From: Escherichia coli
Lineage (GTDB): Bacteria > Pseudomonadota > Gammaproteobacteria > Enterobacterales > Enterobacteriaceae
Assembly: GCA_902500055.1 (NCBI GenBank)
Contig: GCA_902500055.1_4131.1
Length of the DNA stretch: 64,000 nucleotides
Reading direction: 5' to 3' (one strand)
Shown here: positions 26,033 through 35,295 of the stretch, piece after piece
How the letters are laid out: every line of letters starts with the position of its first letter
Numbering within the stretch: position 1 is the first letter of the stretch
The notes under the pieces: model-generated
What the model saw: only the letters and a program-made list of their open reading frames with translations
What the model was told of the DNA's origin: nothing
Database searches by the model: none
Made by a program: the position numbers and the translations under genes

Positions 26033-26684
26033 AGTTTGAAATATACGTAATGAGGTGATGAAATTTCTTATCAGTACTGATAAGTTCCTGTACATGTTTT
26101 GTTAGTTTGTACGCGTTTTTATAGAGTTCTGGATTATCGATTACAGTACTGTACATGAATTCTTCTTCTGGTGTTAATTCTTTGTTTTGTAGTTCTTTGA
26201 GGAATTGCAGTACTGTATCAGTTTCGTTAGTACGTTGCTTTTGGAAGAAGTGCATGTTATCGTGTATTTTTTCTGAACCCATGCAGTACATATCGCCGAT
26301 TTGGAATTGTGCAGTACTGATATCATGGGTGCTATTACAATTCCCGAAGAAGTATACATTCCCGAAAGATAGAATTATAGTGCACGGGATATTATCCATG
26401 TGTATATAGATAGATGCATTCTTTAGTGCTTTTGTGCTGGTATTAGTACTCAATACTTTTAAATCAGTATGATAGATATTAATAAAAGCAAGAGCTATAT
26501 TATTTTTCTTCAAGTACGATTTGAGGTTCTTAGATACGAGAACATTTCTGGATTTTTTCTTTTTATTTCGTTTCTTTAGTACATTAGGGTGATACGTATA
26601 TGCAGATGTAATAGATTCTGCTTGAATACTGTTGAGGTACTTAAAGTGCTTAAGGTATTGTTTGCTGTGTGCATTAAGTTTCAT
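26025..26684 (-). CDS. hypothetical protein (219 aa) embedded in family B array
   Basis: ORF track; long ORF in AT-rich DNA; no family B motifs. Confidence 0.55.
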   Translation of the reverse strand: MKLNAHSKQYLKHFKYLNSIQAESITSAYTYHPNVLKKRNKKKKSRNVLVSKNLKSYLKKNNIALAFINIYHTDLKVLSTNTSTKALKNASIYIHMDNIPCTIILSFGNVYFFGNCNSTHDISTAQFQIGDMYCMGSEKIHDNMHFFQKQRTNETDTVLQFLKELQNKELTPEEEFMYSTVIDNPELYKNAYKLTKHVQELISTDKKFHHLITYISNYV

Positions 26685-26694
26685 TTGGTTTCCT

Positions 26695-26874
26695 TTATAC
26701 AGATGCTAGTGCGAGGATTTCCCTGAAGGGATTATCTTTTGTTAGTGCGTGATGAATGCAGCTATTGAGATTAATATTTTTAGTACTGTTAGTTGCCAGG
26801 TTGTAGTACTTCACGAAGGTGTCGTACATGAAACGGTCTTTAATGCTTATGTGTTCTATATAGTATTCTTGCAT
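26695..26874 (-). CDS. family B-like small protein
   Basis: ORF track; start trimmed to Met26 (MQEYYIEHIS). Confidence 0.5.
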   Translation of the reverse strand: MQEYYIEHISIKDRFMYDTFVKYYNLATNSTKNINLNSCIHHALTKDNPFREILALASV

Positions 26875-26882
26875 ATTATTCC

Positions 26883-27062
26883 TTACATAGAGATGAGTTT
26901 CAGTACTTCTCTGTACGTGTACTTTTCGTTTTGTGCTTCTACTGTACATGATAGAAAGTATCGTTTTTTATCTCTTTTGTTCCCGACTGTGTAGTACCTT
27001 TGGAATTTATTATAGTTGTATCTATCTTTGTGCTGAAGTTTATAGATATAGAATTCTTGCAT
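26883..27062 (-). CDS. family B-like small protein (59 aa, below ORF-track cutoff)
   Basis: Manual translation MQEFYIYKLQHKDRY...EVLKLISM. Confidence 0.5.
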   Translation of the reverse strand: MQEFYIYKLQHKDRYNYNKFQRYYTVGNKRDKKRYFLSCTVEAQNEKYTYREVLKLISM

Positions 27063-27070
27063 AGAGTACC

Positions 27071-27256
27071 TTAGATAGAGATTAGTTTCAGTACTTCAAT
27101 ATATGTGCGGTACTCTGCTTTAATTAAATTTGTACACACTGTAAGGGAATTTCTTTGTATAAGTTTATTGCCGCTTTTATACGCATTTCTCCACACATAG
27201 AGATGAGATCTTTCTGGCATAGATAGTTTATTTGTATAGTACTCAAATGTATTCAT
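27071..27256 (-). CDS. family B-like small protein
   Basis: ORF track; start trimmed to Met8 (MNTFEYYTNKL). Confidence 0.55.
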   Translation of the reverse strand: MNTFEYYTNKLSMPERSHLYVWRNAYKSGNKLIQRNSLTVCTNLIKAEYRTYIEVLKLISI

Positions 27257-27266
27257 AGTATTCTCT

Positions 27267-27452
27267 TTACATATCAATAAGTTTCAGTACTGCTCTGTAC
27301 GTGTACTTAGTTGTTAGTGTTTCTTTTATAGCAGTACTGAAGTAATGTTGTTTGTCCCTTATACTACCGCGTTTGTAGTACCATACATGGGAGTTGTGGG
27401 TGTACTTGTCCCTGTCGGATAGATTTTGGTAATAGTATAATATATGATTCAT
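27267..27452 (-). CDS. family B-like small protein
   Basis: ORF track; MNHILYYYQNL...AVLKLIDM. Confidence 0.55.
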   Translation of the reverse strand: MNHILYYYQNLSDRDKYTHNSHVWYYKRGSIRDKQHYFSTAIKETLTTKYTYRAVLKLIDM

Positions 27453-27661
27453 GGTAATGTAATTAGCCTTATTATGTTAAAGTACTCGGTTCCTGGTACA
27501 CCTTGTAGAATATTATCAACTACATTTTCTTGGTGCAGGATTAATACATTCGGTGCGGTTCTTTTAAGGTTTTTTAAAGTACTGTATTCTTGTTTAAGGA
27601 TGAACTGTACATCTTTAGGGAGAATATCTAAGTAGTACTGGTGTATGTTCATAGTTTTCAT
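27449..27661 (-). CDS. family B-like small protein
   Basis: ORF track; MKTMNIHQYYLDILP... Confidence 0.55.
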   Translation of the reverse strand: MKTMNIHQYYLDILPKDVQFILKQEYSTLKNLKRTAPNVLILHQENVVDNILQGVPGTEYFNIIRLITLP

Positions 27662-27672
27662 ATAGTACTCTT

Positions 27673-27858
27673 TTAGAACTTAAAGATGAGGTTCATGATA
27701 GATAAGTACTTAGTTTCAGGAAATTGATGTTCTATTGCATAACGTGTCTCCAGTCTGAAGTCAAATTTATAAAAGGGACTATTCATATCCATAGGTTCAT
27801 TGGGAAATGAATCTCTGTATTGTTTGTGCAGCTTACTACAGTAGAATTCTTTATACAT
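27673..27858 (-). CDS. family B-like small protein
   Basis: ORF track; MYKEFYCSKL...IMNLIFKF. Confidence 0.55.
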   Translation of the reverse strand: MYKEFYCSKLHKQYRDSFPNEPMDMNSPFYKFDFRLETRYAIEHQFPETKYLSIMNLIFKF

Positions 27859-27859
27859 A

Positions 27860-28072
27860 TTAGTGCTCGATTAAAAGGGTTAGGATGTAATAGTATTGCA
27901 TACTTTCTACCCCTTGTACAGCATTTCTTATTTTATTATTCCTGTACGAGTTCAAGAGTTTAGGACAATGTTTGAAGTTTATATAATTATTTTGTGTATA
28001 CAGTAGGCTTTCTCGTAGACCTTTTGTTGGTAGTGCATCGATGTAGTACTGTTCAATGTTCATAGTGTTCAT
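27860..28072 (-). CDS. family B-like small protein
   Basis: ORF track; MNTMNIEQYYIDALP... Confidence 0.55.
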   Translation of the reverse strand: MNTMNIEQYYIDALPTKGLRESLLYTQNNYINFKHCPKLLNSYRNNKIRNAVQGVESMQYYYILTLLIEH

Positions 28073-28296
28073 AGAGCTACCAGTACTAAGATTTTTGATA
28101 ATTGTTTATTGCTATCCCCGCAGATGGTGCTGTGTAAAATACTCACTACAAGGGTATCAAGTGCATTGTTCAGCATAAGGTTACATCCAGTACTGTTATG
28201 TGTTTTTAGCTCTATTAGCCACGAACAATCCGCGAGAAACTTACCGTACTCTAGTTCATTTAGAGTATTAATGTAGTACTTAAGTGTAGCTGTCAT
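28069..28296 (-). CDS. family B-like small protein (first gene of minus array)
   Basis: ORF track; start trimmed to Met19 (MTATLKYYINTL). Confidence 0.5.
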   Translation of the reverse strand: MTATLKYYINTLNELEYGKFLADCSWLIELKTHNSTGCNLMLNNALDTLVVSILHSTICGDSNKQLSKILVLVAL

Positions 28297-28398
28297 GTGT
28301 AGTTCTCCTTGTATTCCTTCTATAGTACACCAGTACTGAAAGGATGTCAAGGGTTTTGTTTATGGGGTAAATATGATATAATGAATAAAGGAGGAAAT

Positions 28399-29304
28399 AT
28401 GTTACCTTTTGTTAGAATGTTTGATTATGGGAATGAAGCTCCATTACCAGCCCCAAATGGTGGTATACGAACTCAATTTACCACATCACCAGTACCTTCA
28501 GCACGAAATAACTTTGGTTATACGTATGATGCATCAAGAAATACTGCTTATATATTTGGTGGTATAATGAATACTTCGAACCAGGATAATCAGTTATGGA
28601 GTTTTAATTTAAATTCTAGAATATGGGTACAATTATCATCACCACCAGTATCCACCTATGGAAGTGCATTGTGTGCCTATCAAGGAAAAATATATTTGTT
28701 CGGTGGTTTAGGTGCAGCGAATGTTGCTAATAATAATTTTTATGTATATGACATAAGCTCTGATACATGGACACTGAATAATACAAGTGTTGGCAAACCT
28801 AACCAGGCAGTATATAGTAAGATGATTACTACAGGGGATAAGATATATTTGTGGGGTTCACCGTCTAATACTGCATTATATAGTTATACGCCGAGTACTA
28901 ATACATGGGCATCGTTAGGTACTACTGGGAATACAACAAACAATGGTGGTGGTGATATGTGCACTGATGGTACTTACATATATTTTACAGGACAAGGATC
29001 TACTCCTGCACAAAAATATCACATAGAGAGTGCGGTTTGGTCAAGAATGGCAGCAGTTGGTGGAGCTAACCCTAGTAAGATAATTTACAATAGATATGAC
29101 AAAGGTATATATGCAGTATCTTATGGTGCATTAAATTTATTAAAATATGATGCCGAGCAAAACAAATGGATACCATTAGCTATCAATACAACGTTGAGTA
29201 ATAGTACTGGTGCATTATTTGGCTCTAATAATAGTGCTGAAATATTTTACGTACTTGGTTACGACAACGGGACACGTGTTAATACGCAGTATGTTTTTAA
29301 ATAA
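28399..29304 (+). CDS. family C member 1: conserved N-terminal peptide + Kelch-like beta-propeller
   Basis: AGGAGGAAAT-ATG; N-terminus MLPFVRMFDYGNEAP; six blades with IY.FGG/W pattern. Confidence 0.8.
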   Translation: MLPFVRMFDYGNEAPLPAPNGGIRTQFTTSPVPSARNNFGYTYDASRNTAYIFGGIMNTSNQDNQLWSFNLNSRIWVQLSSPPVSTYGSALCAYQGKIYLFGGLGAANVANNNFYVYDISSDTWTLNNTSVGKPNQAVYSKMITTGDKIYLWGSPSNTALYSYTPSTNTWASLGTTGNTTNNGGGDMCTDGTYIYFTGQGSTPAQKYHIESAVWSRMAAVGGANPSKIIYNRYDKGIYAVSYGALNLLKYDAEQNKWIPLAINTTLSNSTGALFGSNNSAEIFYVLGYDNGTRVNTQYVFK

Positions 29305-29316
29305 TTTGGAGGAAAT

Positions 29317-30466
29317 ATGTTACCTTTTGTAAGAATGTTTGATTATGGGAATGAAGCACCTACCAACTCTGGGCGTTTTAAAATATATTCCAGTGATTCT
29401 ATGTATCTTCATGATACTTATACTGATAAGTTGTATGCATCTTCTGCGACGAATTGGGGTACTGGTACAGGTGTAGCATCGAGTAAATTTATTCTTTGTG
29501 CGGAGAATGTTAAACGAGTTCTATTGGAAGATAACAGTAGTGATTGTCAATTGTATGAAGAGAAAGGTACTGGAAAAGTTTTTATCACTGGTAACACGAA
29601 GGCATTCACTGGTGTAACTGATAGAAAAACTTTGTGGACGGACTGTACTACGTGGATAACATCAAGTGGTATTAATGTTTCTGATATAAAATACATGAGT
29701 AGTTTTTATGATATGAAGGTGAATTTGATAACAAACGATGGTACATTGTATTGTTGTGGAACTAACAATATATCGAACATATCATCATTTGGTGATGGCA
29801 CAAACATTAATTCTTTTAACACATTCAAAAGAGTAGATACTATAACTTCGGTTAAAAAGGCAGTTGGTAACATTTATTTGCGAGAAGATAATACTTTATG
29901 GGGTTGTGGTTTTAACTATTACTACCAGTTGGGTACTGGTAATCAAACTTCGATTACTGGGGTGACGATGATTTCTTCGGATGTTATAGATTTTGATGTA
30001 AGTTATCAGAGTACATTTTTTTATCAAATCGGATAATAATTTGTACGCATGTGGGAAGCAGTACGGAGCACAATATGGTAATGAATTTGGCACAGGTGGA
30101 ACATCTACTAGTACTGATATTCAATACAAGACTCCTACATTATTGAGTACAGGGGTATATGGTGTATATGCATGTGTTGCTAACATGGCATCACATATTG
30201 TCAAAGCAGATGAAGTTCTATATGCTTCTGGATCGAATGGGTTTGGGCAATTAGGTGTTGGTAATAATAATAATCAGTACTCCTATACTCCTTCATATAC
30301 TTCGTTTAATACTTCGTGTAATTTGGTACGCACTCCATCTGGTTCACTTATACTTACTGACACTTCGAAGTTATATTATTCGGGTGCTTCATTTGTAGTA
30401 ATGGGTGGTAGTGCTGGACAGAACGTTCTTAATTATACCGAAGTCGATATGTCATTTGTGCAGTAA
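29317..30466 (+). pseudogene. family C member 2, interrupted by frameshift at T7 tract (pseudogene, phase-variable or sequencing error)
   Basis: ORF 29317-30036 (MLPFVRMFDYGNEAP...) continues in +1 frame as 30041-30466 with RCC1-like repeats; T7 run at 30016-30022; a T6 run would fuse them into about 383 aa. Confidence 0.6.
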
Positions 30467-30475
30467 ATTAATATA

Positions 30476-30502
30476 CCAGTACTTGATACTGGCTTTTTTT
30501 GA
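30476..30502 (+). terminator. family C cassette terminator hairpin
   Basis: CCAGTACTTGATACTGG followed by T7. Confidence 0.6.
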
Positions 30503-30534
30503 TTAAATATAGTATAATGAATAAAGGAGGAAAT

Positions 30535-31644
30535 ATGTTACCTTTTGTAAGAATGGTTAAGTACGGGAATATTGCACCAGTACCGAAAAAAATAAAGAAA
30601 GTTATAGCAGGATATGATAATTTATATGTACTATATGGTGATGGTTCGCTATATGGTTGTGGAATCAATAACTATCAACAGTTAAATATTGATGGAACTG
30701 CTACACAAAATAATTGGGTACTAATTACCAATGGTGTTAGTAATGCATGGGCTGGTGGATACAATATTTTATATTTGAAAGAAGATAAATTTATAATGCA
30801 CGGAACTAATGTCTCATTAGGTTTAGGAAATACTACAATTCCATTAGGTGGAGTAGATGTAACTTCTTCATTCCCAGATATCTCTAATATTAAAATGATA
30901 TCCATTGGTTTTGATTCAATGCACTATGTTAGTGCTGATGGTACAACTGTATATGGAAGAGGTATGAACACAAATGGTTCTGTTGGTTCAGGTAGTACTT
31001 ACTCACAGAGTACTTTCACTTCAGTACTGAATAATGGAACTAATCAGGTTATTGATATATTTGGTAACGTTAATAATACAGTGCTTCTAACATCGAATGG
31101 TGAGCTTCGAGCATGTGGGACAAGTGCTTATGGTTCTATAGGAAATGAAACTGGTAAGTGGACATCGTTTGGTTTAAAATTATCTGGCACTAAAATAATG
31201 GGTGGTAATGGGTATAGTACGCTTGCATATACAAATTCGGGAATGTACCACTCAGGGTGGCAGTTAAATGGGGAACTAGGAAATGGTTTAGATACTAACG
31301 TACAGGTATATCCATTTCAATTTAACTCTAAAACGATAGATAGCAAGATAGATAAAATTGCCAAATCATCATCTGGGTCATATGTTAACATGTACTCAAC
31401 AACAGAAGGAAAGATATATACGACAGGTTCGTTTGGTAAAAACGGGTCAACTACTGCATTGAATTTGTTCACCAATACATTAACACTTATAAATTACAAT
31501 CCAGATACCGCCTCGTTGTATACGTGCACAAACTTCAGTGTTGTGTATGATGGTAATGAAACTATTGCTGTAAGTGGTAGTCCTACATATGTACCAGGGG
31601 GCGTTGCCGCTAATAGATGGACTACAATTCCATTACCCAAGTAA
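30535..31644 (+). CDS. family C member 3: N-terminal peptide + RCC1-like beta-propeller
   Basis: TATAAT, AGGAGG, MLPFVRMVKYGN; repeats LYGCGINNYQQL, VYGRGMNTNGSVG. Confidence 0.8.
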   Translation: MLPFVRMVKYGNIAPVPKKIKKVIAGYDNLYVLYGDGSLYGCGINNYQQLNIDGTATQNNWVLITNGVSNAWAGGYNILYLKEDKFIMHGTNVSLGLGNTTIPLGGVDVTSSFPDISNIKMISIGFDSMHYVSADGTTVYGRGMNTNGSVGSGSTYSQSTFTSVLNNGTNQVIDIFGNVNNTVLLTSNGELRACGTSAYGSIGNETGKWTSFGLKLSGTKIMGGNGYSTLAYTNSGMYHSGWQLNGELGNGLDTNVQVYPFQFNSKTIDSKIDKIAKSSSGSYVNMYSTTEGKIYTTGSFGKNGSTTALNLFTNTLTLINYNPDTASLYTCTNFSVVYDGNETIAVSGSPTYVPGGVAANRWTTIPLPK

Positions 31645-31650
31645 TACTAT

Positions 31651-31678
31651 GCCAGTACTTGATACTGGCTTTTTTTGA
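31651..31678 (+). terminator. family C cassette terminator hairpin
   Basis: GCCAGTACTTGATACTGGC followed by T-run. Confidence 0.6.
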
Positions 31679-31711
31679 TTAAATATAGTATAATGAATAA
31701 AGGAGGGAATT

Positions 31712-32839
31712 ATGTTACCTTTTGTTAGAATGTTTGATTATGGGAATATAATCGAAGTTAATAATATAAAGAAAAGTGTTGTTAGTTACACTCTTGAAAT
31801 GTTTCTAATGCAAGATGGCACTGTATATGCACACGGTGAAGATTCAAACTATAATGCGGGTTTAAGTACAAAGTTTGTATCGTTAGGAGCAGTTCAACAA
31901 ATCACAACTGAAGTTGATGACTTATGGTTAGGATCGTTTTCCGTTGTTATTAAAGGTGATAAAATATATGGTTCAGGTTCAACATATGCATTCACGAATT
32001 CTAATACTTTCCAACAAGGATATACTGACTGGGCTGTGTATTTCACTGGTATAGATGTTACCCAAATTAAAAAAATGTTATGTGGTTATACAGCATTTAC
32101 ATTAATGAAAGACGGAACACTTTATGGAAGAGGATGGAATCGAAGTGGTTCATTAGGTTTAGGACATAAAAATTATGTTTCAGCGTGGACTGTACTTGAC
32201 ACTAATGTGGATAATATATTTGGCGGTTACCTTGGCGATACATTGTTTAAGATTAAAAACGATGGAACTGTATATGGTTCAGGTTCAAATAACAGCTTTC
32301 AAGTTAAAGCAACATCGGGTGATGCAACCACATTTGTTCCGTTGTTTGATGATATATCTTATGATATAAAATGCAGTTTTGTTTCTGGTGTTGGTTTTGT
32401 AATGATAACATCTGATAATAAAATATATGCAACTGGAACTACTTTTGCTGGTAGTGGTGCACATAGTAAAGTTTTTGATGTTGGTTTTACTATAGGTGAT
32501 ATGAGTAATATATATCATCCTGATTCGTTGGACTATTCGACTAGTGTTGTATTTTTAATTAATGCAGATACAAACAAACTAATAGCAACTGGGCATACCC
32601 CATTTACGGGAAGTAGTTCAAGTTCCCTTCCATATTTTACAGCATTTCAAGAATTCAATTTTACATCGTTCAATTCGAATACACGATATAGTGGGTCTTT
32701 ATACTGGAATACATTTTACGAAGGTAATAATGTATGGATGAATGGATATAATCCTAAAAATACGGGTGGAAAGAATTTCTCATTGTGTTCAATACCGTTA
32801 GATACTATTATTACTAAGCAAATTGATTTACCTTTTTGA
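31712..32839 (+). CDS. family C member 4: N-terminal peptide + RCC1-like beta-propeller
   Basis: MLPFVRMFDYGN; repeats LYGRGWNRSGSLGLG. Confidence 0.8.
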   Translation: MLPFVRMFDYGNIIEVNNIKKSVVSYTLEMFLMQDGTVYAHGEDSNYNAGLSTKFVSLGAVQQITTEVDDLWLGSFSVVIKGDKIYGSGSTYAFTNSNTFQQGYTDWAVYFTGIDVTQIKKMLCGYTAFTLMKDGTLYGRGWNRSGSLGLGHKNYVSAWTVLDTNVDNIFGGYLGDTLFKIKNDGTVYGSGSNNSFQVKATSGDATTFVPLFDDISYDIKCSFVSGVGFVMITSDNKIYATGTTFAGSGAHSKVFDVGFTIGDMSNIYHPDSLDYSTSVVFLINADTNKLIATGHTPFTGSSSSSLPYFTAFQEFNFTSFNSNTRYSGSLYWNTFYEGNNVWMNGYNPKNTGGKNFSLCSIPLDTIITKQIDLPF

Positions 32840-32846
32840 ATACTAT

Positions 32847-32877
32847 GCCAGTACTCAAGTACTGGCTTTTATTTTTG
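32847..32877 (+). terminator. family C cassette terminator hairpin
   Basis: GCCAGTACTCAAGTACTGGC followed by T-run. Confidence 0.6.
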
Positions 32878-32911
32878 ATTAAATATAGTATAATGAATAA
32901 AGGAGGGAAAT

Positions 32912-34105
32912 ATGTTACCTTTTGCTAGAATGGTTAAATACGGGAATAAACTGCCTATTCCTGATCCAGTTGAGTTCACTGATGTTTTACAGCAACATTA
33001 TACTAATGCTATGTATCTACATAAGCCCACGAATACACTATACGGTTATGGTGGTAATAACTTGAGCCAATTAGGTCTAGGGAATCGATCGGCAGTTTCT
33101 ACTTTTACAGTACTGGCAACGCACTGTGCAGCCTTTTGGTTAGGCGTTCATGGATCATTGATGATTGACTTGGATAATAGAATATATTTCACAGGGAATA
33201 CAGTAGCATTCCCCGATTATGGAGATGCAACTCCAGTTAATGGTTATTTTAGAACATGGACTGATGTTACTGCCGCATTTAACAAAATAAATGTACACGC
33301 TAATTTAATCAAGAGTGTACATATAGGTGAAAGTACTAGAATATTACTACACGATGGAAGAGTCGTTGTTTGTGGTAAAAATGCAAATGCCGAATGTGGA
33401 ACAGGTAACCAAAATCCCATTCCAGTACTAACAGTTGTTACTGGTATGGGTGAAGTTTCTCAATTGGCGTGTTCATTACAGGGTACGCACTATCTCAAAA
33501 CAAATAAAGAAGCATGGTTTTGTGGTAAGGATAACTTTGGTGAAAGTGGTGGTGGGACTAGCTCATACGTTTTTACTAATAAATTAATACGAACCAACGT
33601 CGATTATATAAGTACTACTTATGATGTTACCTGGTGGTTTACTGCCGGTAGGGTGTACTGGAGTGGTAGAAACAATTCTGGACAAGCTGGGAATGGTACT
33701 ACTTCAACTACAAACCAATTAACTACAGTTCAGAATTCACAGGTTATAGTGAATATTAGTGATGGTTTCCTGTGTCCTAGTAATATGGGTAACTCAACAA
33801 TTGGTGCACCTATGGCTCAATACCCATCATATGTCAGGAGTGCAGGCATCAATACATATGGTCAAGAAGGGACGGGAAATACAACAATAATTACTTCGTG
33901 GGGGGCGTTTTCTTTAAGTGCGATACAGGGTGGATATGACAATGTTCTTATGGCATCCAAAGACTGGTCCAGAACAATAATTATAACTAAAGATTATAAA
34001 TTATATGCATGTGGGGGCTTTAACGGTTCAGGTAGTAAATTACCGGATGGTACTTACTTAATTAAAACATTAACATTAATGCCAACGCAGTTATGGCAAT
34101 CATAG
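32912..34105 (+). CDS. family C member 5: N-terminal peptide + RCC1-like beta-propeller
   Basis: MLPFARMVKYGN; repeats LYGYGGNNLSQLGLGN, VYWSGRNNSGQAGNG. Confidence 0.8.
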   Translation: MLPFARMVKYGNKLPIPDPVEFTDVLQQHYTNAMYLHKPTNTLYGYGGNNLSQLGLGNRSAVSTFTVLATHCAAFWLGVHGSLMIDLDNRIYFTGNTVAFPDYGDATPVNGYFRTWTDVTAAFNKINVHANLIKSVHIGESTRILLHDGRVVVCGKNANAECGTGNQNPIPVLTVVTGMGEVSQLACSLQGTHYLKTNKEAWFCGKDNFGESGGGTSSYVFTNKLIRTNVDYISTTYDVTWWFTAGRVYWSGRNNSGQAGNGTTSTTNQLTTVQNSQVIVNISDGFLCPSNMGNSTIGAPMAQYPSYVRSAGINTYGQEGTGNTTIITSWGAFSLSAIQGGYDNVLMASKDWSRTIIITKDYKLYACGGFNGSGSKLPDGTYLIKTLTLMPTQLWQS

Positions 34106-34114
34106 GAGAAAATC

Positions 34115-35224
34115 ATGTTACCTTTTGTTAGAATGTTTGATTATGGGAATATCACACCTGGTCCTAAAAATATAATTAAAGTTGGTGCTTCTACACAGGG
34201 TCAATTCTTATTGACAGATTCACATGATTTATATTACATAGGTAGAAATCAAGGTGGTGAATCTGGAAATGGAAATACCAACACAGTATCCTCATGGATA
34301 TTAGTAAGTACAGATGTTTCTAATTTTTTCGTGGGTGATCGTACACTTGTTATTATTAAAAATGATAATACGATATGGTCATCAGGTCAAACGTACTGGT
34401 TCACATCTTCCACAACTACTTCTTACAGTACTGTATTAGTTGATAGAACCAGTTGGTTCACAAATGCAATACCAGTAAGTGAAATTGCTAATATTGTATG
34501 TACATATGGTTTAATATTTGTACTTAGCACTAATTCAGTACTCTATGGTGCAGGGGCTAATGGATATCGTGGTGCTTTAGGTATTGGTTCATCATCAATT
34601 TACACATTAACTCAATGTGCTACTAATGTGCGTAAAGTAATGACGAATTCAAATGACAGTATGTATATTACATTAGATAATAAGTTATATAGTTCTGGGT
34701 GGAATGACAGGGGTCAGCATGGCACGGGGAACCGAACACAAATTAACACGTGGGGATTACGTAGTACTGGAGTAATAGATGCAGCTATTGGTGGACATAC
34801 ACTCAATTACTATAATGGTACATCATATTTCACATGTGGTACAACTCCAAACTTTCTTAGTTCAGATTCAACTACATTCAAAGCAGTTCCTGTAAGTACT
34901 TTACCTAATAATTCACCTTTGTTTATGACAAATTCAGAGGCAACAAGCACGGCTACGCAAATTATATTAACTAGTGCATATCAGAAAGGTATTGGGGGAA
35001 ACCGTGGTTTGGGATTAAACAATTCTCAAACGGGTGCTATCTATAGTGCTGCTAATTTACAATTACCTGTAGAAGTTAGTGAGATTAGTGATGTTGCTTT
35101 TAGTGACGGATTAACATCATTATTAACCAAAGACGGGAATGTATATAGTACTGGATCGTATTACGCCATTCCAGGTGCAAGTGCAGATGTTGCAGTCTTT
35201 ACTAAAATTGATTTACCAAAATAA
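34115..35224 (+). CDS. family C member 6: N-terminal peptide + RCC1-like beta-propeller
   Basis: MLPFVRMFDYGN; follows member 5 with no terminator (co-transcribed); repeats LYSSGWNDRGQHGTGN. Confidence 0.8.
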   Translation: MLPFVRMFDYGNITPGPKNIIKVGASTQGQFLLTDSHDLYYIGRNQGGESGNGNTNTVSSWILVSTDVSNFFVGDRTLVIIKNDNTIWSSGQTYWFTSSTTTSYSTVLVDRTSWFTNAIPVSEIANIVCTYGLIFVLSTNSVLYGAGANGYRGALGIGSSSIYTLTQCATNVRKVMTNSNDSMYITLDNKLYSSGWNDRGQHGTGNRTQINTWGLRSTGVIDAAIGGHTLNYYNGTSYFTCGTTPNFLSSDSTTFKAVPVSTLPNNSPLFMTNSEATSTATQIILTSAYQKGIGGNRGLGLNNSQTGAIYSAANLQLPVEVSEISDVAFSDGLTSLLTKDGNVYSTGSYYAIPGASADVAVFTKIDLPK

Positions 35225-35230
35225 CATAAT

Positions 35231-35260
35231 GCCAGTACTCAAGTACTGGCATTTCTTTTT
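35231..35260 (+). terminator. family C cassette terminator hairpin
   Basis: GCCAGTACTCAAGTACTGGC followed by T-rich run. Confidence 0.6.
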
Positions 35261-35295
35261 GGGGTAAATATAGTATAATGAATAAAGGAGGAATT

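Noticed and set aside
25496-26409. Plus-strand ORFs 25496-25702 and 26155-26409 and minus ORF 26174-26359 within family B
   Set aside because: Antisense or alternative-frame overlaps of supported family B genes and of the 219 aa gene.
23926-28296. Possible CRISPR array suggested by a regular periodicity of about 190 bp
   Set aside because: Each unit is a complete small gene with RBS, start and stop; the repeats are imperfect and protein-coding, not short identical direct repeats with unique spacers; no cas genes are present.
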